DNA of 64,000 nt from Squalus acanthias (lineage: Eukaryota): positions 117,430,001 through 117,494,000 of the forward strand of contig CM059432.1 in assembly GCA_030390025.1 (NCBI GenBank), in the 5' to 3' direction. A model generated the notes under the pieces. That model was not told where the DNA came from, made no database searches, and saw only the letters and a list, made by a program, of their open reading frames with translations. The number at the start of each line of letters is the position of its first letter. Within the stretch, counting starts at the first letter, position 1. The translations under genes were made by a program, and so were the position numbers. Shown here piece by piece: positions 10,841-21,449 of the stretch.

Positions 10841-12492
10841 TGTAAGGGGTTTTTGTGGCGTGCTTGTATCGCAGACGGAGCTGGTATGGGGTTAGGCCTT
10901 CGTTGCCTAATACTATTGCTTGCTCTGGTCTCCGGCCAGCCTTGTTGCAATAAGCACCTGTGAGTGGTTCGACCCACTTGCCCTCACGGTTCTAACACTG
11001 GACTTAGGTGCGAGAGCAGTAATGCAGAGAAAAACTCAAATAGACCCGGTTGAATAGTACGAAATGGAAATCTTTATTGCATAGCGTCCAAGATCATGAA
11101 GTACATGTCATAGGCGCAAATTAACGAGAGTACAAGTATACATACATTCAGAAAGCTTGGTCTATGGTAATGAAGAACGCATGGCACATCGTAAAAAGGG
11201 GAACACATTATACTTTATCCTTAATAAAACCACCCTCCCCTATCAATACCTACACTACATCTAGATTTGTAGGATCGTGAAACATGCTCACCACTCGTGA
11301 TACTTCGGAGAATTTTAAAGTGAGGCACTCGGCTCGTTTCGCTGCAGCACCTGACTGTCACGTGTTTGGAGGGGTCTCTGTACCCCACTTGTTTATCTTC
11401 GCTGCTGCGACAAGCAGGCTGGGCTCCCCGTTGTCATGAAGAACTCGACAGCACTCGGGCCCGGTTGTAGAACTCAAAGAAAAGTCTTCCTGTACCGACA
11501 CCAGTTGCCGGTAGAATTCAAAGAAGAGTCTTTGACCGATTCGTGCAGTAACCTGTAGAGTTCAAGAAATGGGTCGTATATTTTCGGGTGCGGTCGGGGT
11601 TTACTGACCGCAGCGGCACGTGGATTCTTCTTCTTCTCTTGTCATTTTGTCTCGTCTTGTTGGGCCTTCGGGTCCAAACACCGTTTACCGACTCTCGGGA
11701 TGGTGCACCCGGTCACTGGCCTTCATCGGGGCGACTCGTTCCAATTGAGCTCCACCCAACATTCGAATAACCGTCCAGTGCAGCTAAAAGTCCAGAGTCA
11801 ACAGAGTCCAGAGAAACACAGAAGGCTGCTCGTCCAGCAGAGTTCAGCCCCAGTCAAGAGTCCGCAGAGATAAGGGAGCGATGGACATTTGTTCACTATA
11901 GTTATAGTGCTGTGTTCCCTTATCTCCCGCCCAAATCTTAATGTTTGTCCTTTGTGAAATATTGGCGCTCAAAACTCCCAGCATGGGGTGATTCTTGTCT
12001 TTAACGGGTTTCGGTAGCACCTGAGACTGGCCAACTACCCGTTAATGTTTTCCCCATTCTCGAACCGGCCAGGAGCCTCCCTGGCTGGGTTTTGGGGGCC
12101 CCCGAATACTTGTTTAATCACCCGAGAATGGCTCTCTCATTGTAGAGCCGTGGGGGTATTTGCGTATTGATGTGTCTGGATGGGCCTTCGATTGCCCAGT
12201 ACAATGGTCTTTACTTGTGCATGGAAAACGATTCCAGCACTCATATCTTTTGCTATTGTCACAAATGCAAACAGGTTGCATCCTGTCTTTATCAGTGCTT
12301 ATCGAAAATGTTTATTCGAACGCCATCTTGTCTGCCCACTGTACTTCTGGAAACTCTGCCACGATGCGCGGCGGCCATTTTACAGGCTTCTGTGTCCTGT
12401 TTAATCATGACAGCACTTCGTTTAAATAAACTGATCAAACGAATCTGCTTCTATCTCGTTATTTCGAATCGCGATAATTGTGAAACTTTACA
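10841..12492 (-). mobile_element. Solo LTR, 1652 bp, family B
   Basis: TGTA...TACA termini; 4-bp TSD ATTG (10837-10840, 12493-12496); AATAAA 11073-11078; TATAA ~11902-11906; colinear with 52550-54266. Confidence 0.88.
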
Positions 12493-12933
12493 ATTGTCTG
12501 AATTTTGGCGGGCCTGTTACCAGTAACTGCTCTGTAAGTGTCAAATGGTTTTTGGGATGGTTTGCATCCTGTCGATCTCCTTGGCTGATCTCTGGTGATT
12601 GGTTTCGTGTTTTGGGTTTCTAGGCTGGACTCAGTCTTTTCTATAGCCTGGTCCTGAGTGATTTGTATTATGCAAGTTTTCTGATGGGCCCTGTGATCGG
12701 TTTGATGGGGCCTGTTGTTTGGGTGGGATTGTCTTCTCCTATGGTCTATTGTCAAAATGTTAATGCATGCTGGGGCTTGAGTAGGGTCATCCCGGTTCCG
12801 CAGACAGAGCAATTAACTGCAATAACCAAAACTGCTTTTACAGAGGTTGAGCCCACCTTCTTTCACAGCCTTTTCTCCCTTTACAGGCCCAGACATAGTT
12901 TTAAAATGCCAAAACTTGGTTTTTGGTCTTATA

Positions 12934-13827
12934 GGGGGAGAAATTCAGTATCGCTCCATTTGGGGCGCAATTATCAGCCGGGCGCAAAGATTACGGCCTG
13001 GCGCTAATTATCGCCACCGACTGCAAACTTGACTTTTATCGCCCCTGGAGGTGATTGGAGCGCTAAATCAGGCGCTTCACACCTGTCTTAAGGCGCAAAG
13101 GCCGAGGATCGAGGCGCTACCTCAGAGCGCTGGCGAAGCTCATGTAATGTCAGTCAGCAATGGAACACACACACAATGGCACGGGCCAGTTCTTAAAGGG
13201 GATGGTTAATCTTGCTTTCCATCCACATCCTGCTCATTGCAGCCTTGAATCTCGGCCTGGAGAGACCTGTACATCAAATCTGCTGGAAAGAACAATGGAG
13301 AGTACGAGGCAAAGAGCTCAGAGTGCAGCCCCCGCAGTCTCTTCTAAATCGATACAAGGAATGGCAAATCAAAATGAACCTGCAAAGTGCTGCTCAGTAC
13401 CCAAAACTCCTTCACACAACATTGAATCTCTTCAGAAGTCTCTCTCTCTCTCTCTCAGAATGCGTCGTTCAAAAATGGCACCAACAATAAAAGGCAGGAA
13501 GCGGTCACCTTTAAAAAGCGCTCCCCCTTTCCCTTCATGACTGCAGAACGCTCCCCTCAACCTGTCGTTGCTAGCGTCAGGCGGTAAGGCAGGGGGCGCC
13601 ACTCAATATCCGCTCCGGGGCGATTCCGGGGCGTTGCGCACTCGACTGACTGTCACGATCTGCTGGCGCAGGAGATCGTGGCGGTAGTGTTTAGCCCCGC
13701 CGCAAAATGTCTAGTTAATTTCGCGAGCGGCGCAAACTTCGCCGCGCCTGGGCACTAGATGCTTTGCGCCCCATTAGCGCCCTCTTAAGGCGCTAACGGG
13801 AGGCGCAACCAACTGAATTTTTCCCCC
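12934..13827 (-). mobile_element. Non-autonomous Harbinger derivative (MITE), 894 bp
   Basis: TIRs GGGGGAGAAATTCAGT / GGGGGAAAAATTCAGT; TSD ATA; ~500 bp homologous to the left end of the element at 61380. Confidence 0.9.
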
Positions 13828-13920
13828 ATAGTCTCTTAGGTTAGGCCCAAATGCATTTTTATCACTCTGAGGTAGTTCCAAAGTCCTTTTTGGGGATCTG
13901 CAAATTTTGGAAACCTTACA

Positions 13921-15205
13921 GTTCCCATGCGCCTGCTGCCCTTGTCCTTCTAGGTGGTAGAGGTCGCTGGTTTAGGAGGTGCTGTCAAAGAAGCCTTGGC
14001 AAGTTGCTACAGTGCATCTTGTAAATGGTACACACTGCAGCCACGGTGCGCCAGTGGTGGAGGGAGTGAATGTTTAAGTTGGTGGATGGGGTGCCAATCA
14101 AGCAGGTTGCTTTGTCTTGGATGGTGTCGATCTTCTTGAGTGCTAGGTATAACTCCAGCCAGTGGAGAGTTTTCCTCCTGATTCCCATTGAATTCAGTTT
14201 TACTAGGGCTCCTTGATGATACATTCAATCAAATGCTGCCTTGATGTCAAGGGCAGTCGCTCTCACCTCACCTCACAGAATCACAGAATCCCTACAGTGC
14301 AGATAGAGGCCATTTCGGCCCATCGAGCCTGCACCGACACATATCCCACCCTATCCCCGTAACCCCACGTATTTAATCCCCCCTAACACTAAGGGTCAAT
14401 TTATCATAGTCAAATCAACCTAACCCGCACCTCTGGAATTCAGCTCCTTTGTCCATGTTTGGACTATGGCTGTAATGAGGTTGGGAGCCGAGTGGTATTG
14501 GCAGAACACAAACTGGGCATCAGTGAGCAGGTTATTGGTGAGTAAGTGCCGCTTGATAGCACTGTCGACAACACCTTCCATCCCTTTGCTGATGATTGAG
14601 CGTAGACTGATGGGGCAGTAATTGGCCAGATTGGATTGTCCTGCTTTTTGTGGACAGGACATACCTGGGCAGTTTTTCACATTATCAGGTAGATGCCAGT
14701 GTTGTAGCTGTACTGGAACAGCTTGGCTAGAGGCACAGCTAGTTCTGGAGCACAAGTCTTCAGCACGACAGCTGGGATGTTGTCGGTGCCCATAGCCTTT
14801 GCTGTATCCAGTGCGCTCAGCCATTTCTTGATATCACGTGGAATGAATCGAATTGGCTGAAGACTGGCTTCTGTGGTGGTGGGGGCCTCAGGAGGAGGCC
14901 GATATGGATCACCCACTCAGGCACTTCTGGCTGAAGATAGTTGCAAATGCTTCAGCCTTGTCTTTTTCACTTGCGTGCTGGGCTCCGCCATCATTGAGGA
15001 TGGGGATATTCATGGAGCCTCCTCCTCCCGTTAGTTGTTTAATTGTCCACCACTATTCACGACTGGATGTGGCAGGACTGTAGAGCTTTGATCTGATCTG
15101 TTGGTTGTGGGATCGCTTAGCTCTCTGTAGCTTGCTGCTTCTGCTTTTTAGCATGCATGTAGTCCTGTGTTGTAGCTTCCCCAGGTTGGCACCGCATTTT
15201 TAAGT
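13921..15205 (-). mobile_element. Fragment of a CR1-group LINE of a second lineage (RT region), internally deleted
   Basis: ORFs 13985-14224, 14420-14824, 14677-14916; colinear with 30510-32283. Confidence 0.85.
14274..14427 (-). mobile_element. 3' fragment of an HE1-like SINE
   Basis: About 4 differences from 7676-7840; CACCT duplicated on both sides. Confidence 0.85.
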
Positions 15206-17259
15206 ACTACCTTCAGATTGCATTAGTGAGCCAGGCTGGCTGGTCAGTCATCAACAATGCCCTGGAGTACTGCAGACCTGGCTCATATCAAATTACCGAG
15301 TATGTCACGGTGGGTTGACTCGGTCCAAGCTTCCATCACCAGGCATGGAGCCACCTCGATCTCAGTGAAACTCTGCTTATCAGCCCCCAAAGGAGATAGT
15401 CATTAGTTGGTCATCAGACAACTGGCAGGTGCAGGTTTGAGCCCTTGCTAGGTGAACAGTAGGTACCAGGAGCTCCTCATGGATGACATAATAAGTAGCA
15501 CAACTCACTGTCAGATGTGTGAATGGATTGCCACCATCCTCCTGACCACGGTGTTGATACCTGCCATCTTCTATTGAATGGTGTTTCCATCAGTTAGAGG
15601 TGCGGAGCTTCAGCAGCAGCTGCTTGTTTCTCTACAAGCCAAGTCTTGGATAGATGTTCAACAGCCTCTGATAACCCTCCCTATCAGCTGTTGTTACAAG
15701 TCTCAGTTTCCTCATTGATCATTTAATAAATGCGTTATTTCTGGTTGAGCCCATGAGTTTTGCCAATGTGATATTACAATAAATAAAACGTTTTTATTAT
15801 TTTATAGGTTTGAGCCATTTACATTAAAAAAATATTATAATGAATTTAAAATATTCTCGCATTGATATAACGGAGGCGATTTTCCCGGGATACTTTAGGC
15901 ACTAAAGAGCCTCTGAGGTGGCCAAGATGGGGTCTTAAGCTGCAAAATCGGTTTAGCCTGCATTTAGCGCAAGATGCCATCTTGGTAAAGGAGTTGAAGC
16001 CAGCGCTTGGAACTGGCGGCCAGAGGATCATTAAGGGGCTGATTGACAATTAAATTGCCTGCTAGTGTTCATTAAAGAGGCTGCACCACATTTTGGTAGA
16101 TAACGCTTAATTTAACAACCTCTCCTAACAGCAACCAGCTGAACAGGAGTAAACAAGTCATTGCGGAGGATTTCAAGCACTACTCAAAGCCACGTTCAGC
16201 TTCCAATGTTCACTTGCTGATTGAAATTGACTGACTATGATTCAAGAGGACGTTTGAGACACATCGGGAGACTTTCTGGGAAACTTTGTCAAGACTTCAC
16301 CAACATTCTATCAACATTTTTCCTGGAAATTCTCTCATGACTTCACCTAAAAAGAGTGAGTGCTGTGCTACTGAACATTAGTGGAGACCTTATAGGAGTC
16401 ACCAGGTGAAAGGGAGTGCTTGGTCATGGGGATCTTGCTAGGGGTCCCTCTTGGTCTGCATGAGGAATGGGAGGTGGAGATGAGGCCAGGCAAAGAAGCA
16501 CCAGTTGCTGCAGGAGAGAGGGACAGGAGGGCGAGGAGGGCCCTCAGCAGGAGGCCCTATCCATCCAGGGCCTTCAGAGAGCACTACTCCCACATTCATA
16601 TAACCCAAGACCAGTGCATGAGGAGGCTGTACTTTACCAAGCAGGTCATTACAGATATCTCTGGCCTTGTGGAAGGAAGATTCAGACATCACAGCAAAGC
16701 CAGGACTGCATTGCCTGTGGCAGTCAAGATCACAGTAGCTACTGGAACCTTCCAAGCTGCCACAGATGATATCAGTCACATCTCACAATCCTCTGTGCAT
16801 TTCTGCGTAAGGGAGGTCGCTGAGGCTCTATACACTGTGAGTAATGACGATATATCATTCCCTATTTCCAGAGAAGACCAGAGGCAGAGAGCTCTAGGAT
16901 TTGACAGGATTGCGGGTTTCCCCATGGTCCACGGAGCCATTGACTGCACATCGTGGCCATGCGAGCCCCTCATTTAAACTCGGAGGTGTTCAGGAACAGG
17001 AAGGGATTCCATTCCCTCAATGTGAAGCTTGTCTGTGATCACTGGCAGCGCATCATGCAGGTGAATGCCTGCTATCCAGGGAGCCACCACGATGTGTTTA
17101 TAATGAGACAGTCATCCGACCCGCAGATCTTTGAGTCCCAACGCAATATGCATGGCTGGATACTAGGTCATGATGCGGAGATGCCGGTGTTGGACTGGGG
17201 TGGACAAAATTGAGAGGTCGCACAACACCAGGTTATAGTCCAACAGTTTTATTTGAAAT

Positions 17260-17295
17260 CACAAGCTTTCGGAGCTATCGCTCCTTCCTCAGGTG
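17260..17295 (-). ncRNA. Mirror copy of the minimal hammerhead ribozyme
   Basis: Exact reverse complement of 18496-18531. Confidence 0.8.
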
Positions 17296-18495
17296 AAGTA
17301 AATTGGATACAGAATCGCCAGAGCATATATAGATGGAAAAAAAAGCATGTGTACTTTACAATTGCAGACCAATAAATTAAATCATCCTGACTATCTGCCG
17401 AGGTGTGATAAAGTTAATTAAGTCAGCCAGGAAGGTACCACATCAAAAGACATAGCAAGATACAACTGAGACAATGAGGTGTAGTCGCAGGGGTTCTAAC
17501 GTGTCAAAAGCTGCCGTCTGTATGTAAAACGAAAAGCTTTAAAAAAAATGTACTTTTTTACTGGGAAAATTTTTACTTTTTTACTGGGAATCACATCTGT
17601 GAACAAGCTAACGACGACTCGAGTCCGGATCACGTCATGTATCGTGACATAAACCCAAGATCCCGATTGAGACCGTCTTCATGAGTGCGGAACTTGGCTA
17701 TCAGTTTCTGCTCGATGATTTTGCGTTGTCGTGTGTTTCTAAGGTTGCCTTGGAGAACGCTTACCCGCAGATCCGAGGCTGAATGTCCTTGACTGCTGAA
17801 GTGTTCCCCGACTGGGAGGTAACAATCCTGCCTGGCGATTGTTGCGCGGTGCTCGTTCATACGTTGTCTCAGTGTCTGCATGGTCTCGCCGATGTACATC
17901 GGCGAGACCATGCAGACACTGAGACAACGTATGAACGAGCACCGCGCAACAATCGCCAGGCAGGATTGTTACCTCCCAGTCGGGGAACACTTCAGCAGTC
18001 AAGGACATTCAGCCTCGGATCTGCGGGTAAGCGTTCTCCAAGGCAACCTTAGAAACACACGACAACGCAAAATCATCGAGCAGAAACTGATAGCCAAGTT
18101 CCGCACTCATGAAGACGGTCTCAATCGGGATCTTGGGTTTATGTCACGATACATGACGTGATCCGGACTCGAGTCGTCGTTAGCTTGTTCACAGATGTGA
18201 TTCCCAGTAAAAAAGTAAAAATTTTCCCAGTAAAAAAGTACATTTTTTTTAAAGCTTTTCGTTTTACATACAGACGGCAGCTTTTGACACGTTAGAACCC
18301 CTGCGACTACACCTCATTGTCTCAGTTGTATCTTGCTATGTCTTTTGATGTGGTACCTTCCTGGCTGACTTAATTAACTTTATCACACCTCGGCAGATAG
18401 TCAGGATGATTTAATTTATTGGTCTGCAATTGTAAAGTACACATGCTTTTTTTTCCATCTATATATGCTCTGGCGATTCTGTATCCAATTTACTT

Positions 18496-18531
18496 CACCT
18501 GAGGAAGGAGCGATAGCTCCGAAAGCTTGTG
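18496..18531 (+). ncRNA. Minimal type I hammerhead ribozyme motif
   Basis: CAC-CTGAGGA-A-GGAGC GATA GCTCC-GAAA-GCTT-GTG with palindromic AAGCTT for a dimeric stem III. Confidence 0.8.
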
Positions 18532-19288
18532 ATTTCAAATAAAACTGTTGGACTATAACCTGGTGTTGTGCGACCTCTCAATTTTGGATACTAGGTGACA
18601 AGGGATACGCTTTGATGCCATGGCTCATGACTCCCCTGAGAAACCCCCAGAAGCTAGCTGAGCACTCATACAATGAGAACCACTCAGCCACCAGGAATAT
18701 CATTGAGCAGACCATTGGGGTCCTCAAGCAGAGGTTTAGATGCCTTGACCATTCAGGAGGTGCCCTGCAGTACTCGGCCGAGAAGGTCTCCAGATTCGTG
18801 CTGACTTGCTGCATGCTCCACAATCTGATAATAATAAGAGACCAGCCGTTACCACCAGCAATTGTGCCAGAGGGTCAAGCTGAGGGACCAGAAGAGGAGG
18901 AAGAGGAGGAGGAGGAAGAGGGAGAGGAGGAGGAGGAGGAAAAGGAGGGTAGATAGCCAGAGGCTTCCAGGTAGATGGCCTGCACCTGGGAGGGATGCTC
19001 ATCGCTATCTAATTGAAGAGCGCTTTTGAGAGACGTGTTTCACCATCAGACTCGGGACCACTGTTGCCACATGATTTACCTTCCACGAGTTAGGATCCAT
19101 CAGGCAGGCCATCTTCTGCACTCAATCCTTTCAACCCCTTCCCCATGAAGATCACAATAAAAAAGACCAGCGATTCCACCACTACCCATTTACCATCTTC
19201 ACTATTTATATACATCAAAAACAAACAATGGAAACATGACACAACCAACATCACTTACAAATATTAAACTATTCACCCTGGTGCTCAC

Positions 19289-19459
19289 CAATGTTCCCCA
19301 TAATTTGCTTTGGGTGCGTGTCCTCTTTAAGGGGCTGCACGGCCCAGTCACAGTTTTGCGCACGTGTGAAACTTAACATTCAAAAAGTCGGTCCCGAGCC
19401 GCGTGGGACCGGCAGAGAGCTGCACGGCCACGCGGCCGCACAGCTTAGCGGGAACGTTG
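19289..19459. mobile_element. hAT-type MITE, 171 bp
   Basis: TIRs CAATGTTCCC / CAACGTTCCC; 8-bp TSD GTGCTCAC / GTGCTTAC. Confidence 0.75.
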
Positions 19460-20805
19460 GTGCTTACCCTTATTGGTTATCTATAAGTGCTCTTGCTTAA
19501 TCAAGTGCTTCTATGAAGTGCATCCCCAATGGCAGCAGCAGGAGAGGTGGATGGCTGCTGAGAATCTGAAGAGAGCAGTTCAGATGTCCTCCTGCGACGT
19601 CCTTGAGAGGCTGTGGGCCGTGATGGCCCTGCTCAGACTGCATCATCTCACCATGGGCTTCAGCAGTCAGGGCCGCCTGGCTGACAGGCAACGGCAATGG
19701 TGGAGTGGCGGGGGAGGGAGCAGGAATGATGGCATCCGGAGAGAGGCCAGTAGGTTCCTGCTCCATGACTCCTACGCCACTACCTCAGGGCCACTGTTCA
19801 GCCCGCCCAGTGATCAGGTGGAGGACAGATCTCTGGCCATCGGAGACATTCTGCAAGCCCGTTTCAACCGAGGAGCCCAGAGCCACCATGGCAGCTGCCT
19901 GAGCTTCCATTGCAGCACTTTGCCGTTCCATGGAAGCTGCTGTGACTAGATTGGAAGCTGCGACCTCAGTCATCGGACGCTGCATGATGTCAGGCTTCAC
20001 AGGTCGCTGGTTGGAATTGGCCAGCCTCTCCACGCTGGGTTCCAGGCTCTGCATCAAGCCACGGACCAAGGTGCAGGTGGACTCCTCCAAACCCATAGCC
20101 ACGACCCGTAAGCTTTCAGGCAGGCTCTCCATTGCACTAAGCATTTGGTTTGTCGAATCCATCAGCATTCTTCTGAAGCTTGGCTCTGCGAGGTCCTTAT
20201 CTGACTCCTCTACAGCAGAACAAGTAAGCGACCTTGCCCCCCAGCAAGGTGGCAGCTGTGGTGTCCCTTCCACATGACATGGCTGCTGCCCACTGGTGCC
20301 CAGTCCGTCCCAATGTGAGGATCTCTCTTCTAACCTAGTTTCTAAGTTACGCGGGGTGCCGGTCTCTGAGCTGGTGCCTGCGACAGTGGTAGCCATTGAC
20401 GCAGTGCATTCTTTCGCGCTCCACTCCTCCTCCTTTTCCTCCTCTTCCTCTTCTTCTTTTGGGGGATGAGGTGGCTGTTGCTCTGGGGGTTGGGGGGGGC
20501 GGGGGGGGGGGGTGAGGTGGATCTTGCTCCTGGGAGCCTGCAATGATAAAGCTAGAAGGGTTAGGTGCAGCGCGTGTGGCCACTCTAGGAGGATGTGTAT
20601 GATGAGACCATATGGAGCTTGGGAGTGAGGATAACTTTGAGGGATTAGGGATCAGGAATAGTTGTGCATCTTTAAGGAAGCTGGAGTGACCACAAACCTC
20701 AAGACGATATGCCCCCTGCTCTGCCTGTGGCCACGGCGCTTCCCACTCCCACCCAATCACCACCAGCACTGCCTCCTCAAGGGGAGTGATGTCATGCGGT
20801 CTTTT

Positions 20806-21445
20806 ATAAGAACATAAGAAATAGGAGCAGGAGTAGGCCAATCGGCCCCTCGAGCTTGCTCCGCCATTCAATAAGATCATGGCTGATCCAATCTTGGTCT
20901 CAACACCACATTCCCGCTCTCTCCCTTTACCCCTTGACTCCCTTGTAGTTCAAGTGTCTGTCAATCTCCGCCTTGAATATATTCAATGACTCCGCCTCCA
21001 CAGCTCTCTGGGGTAGAGAATTCCAAAGATTCACAACCCTCTGAGAGAAGAAGTTCCTCCTCATCTCCGTCTTAAATGGGCGACCCCCTTATTCTGAAAC
21101 TATGCCCCCTAGTTCTAGATACCCCCACTAGGGGAAACATCCTCTCAGCATCCACCCTGTCAATCCCCCTCAGAATCTTGTATGTTTCAATAAGATCACC
21201 TCTCATTCTTCTAAACGCCAATTAGTATAGGCCCAACCTGCTCAACCTTTTGACATACGTCAACCCTTCATCCCAAGAGTCAACCTAGTGAACCTTCTCT
21301 GCACTGCCTCCAATGCAAGTATATCCTTCCTTAAATATGGAGACCAAAACTGTACGCAGTACTCCAGGTGCGGTCTCACCAGTGCCCTGTACAGTTGCAT
21401 CAAAACTTCCCTACTTTTATACTCCATACCCCTTGCAATAAAGGC
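20806..21445 (-). mobile_element. CR1 3' fragment
   Basis: LVRPHLEYCVQFWSP motif and TTCTTATG tail on the minus strand. Confidence 0.9.
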
Positions 21446-21449
21446 CAGA

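Larger units (their letters stand above)
5500..13920 (-). mobile_element. Decayed, internally deleted retrovirus-like LTR element (LTR-PBS-gag-pro-deleted pol-env-like ORF); 3' LTR not seen
   Basis: See the component features; the left boundary is approximate. Confidence 0.85.
9843..13920 (-). mobile_element. 5' LTR (~1525 bp after removing two nested insertions)
   Basis: TGTAAGG (13920) ... CCCCTACA (9843); TATAA ~10788-10792; AATAAA 9970-9975; interrupted by a solo LTR and a MITE. Confidence 0.8.
17169..18584. mobile_element. Penelope-like element 3' end as a perfect inverted duplication
   Basis: Mirror ORFs 17630-17911(-) and 17880-18161(+) YIGETMQTLRQRMNEH...IIEQKLIAKF...GLN (GIY-YIG C-half); 12-bp TSD TGGATACTAGGT (17157-17168, 18585-18596). 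Confidence 0.93.
16426..19029 (+). pseudogene. Harbinger (HARBI1-like) DDE transposase, frameshifted and split by the Penelope insertion
   Basis: GFPMVHGAIDCT, NRKGFHSLNV, YPGSHHD, GWILG|DKGY, RNIIEQTIGVLKQRFRCL, poly-Glu tail. Confidence 0.92.

Noticed and set aside
11460..11575. CRISPR-like spaced repeats (also 53180-53285)
   Set aside because: Only about three degenerate units inside an LTR in eukaryotic DNA; no cas genes
10841..13920. Single 3-kb element bounded by TGTAAGG...CCTTACA
   Set aside because: The ATTG TSD shows a solo LTR ending at 12492 nested in a larger LTR
17173..17187. tRNA-Ala-like 3' end (CCGGCATCTCC) in the Penelope tail
   Set aside because: An 11-nt match is too short to support tRNA origin or priming
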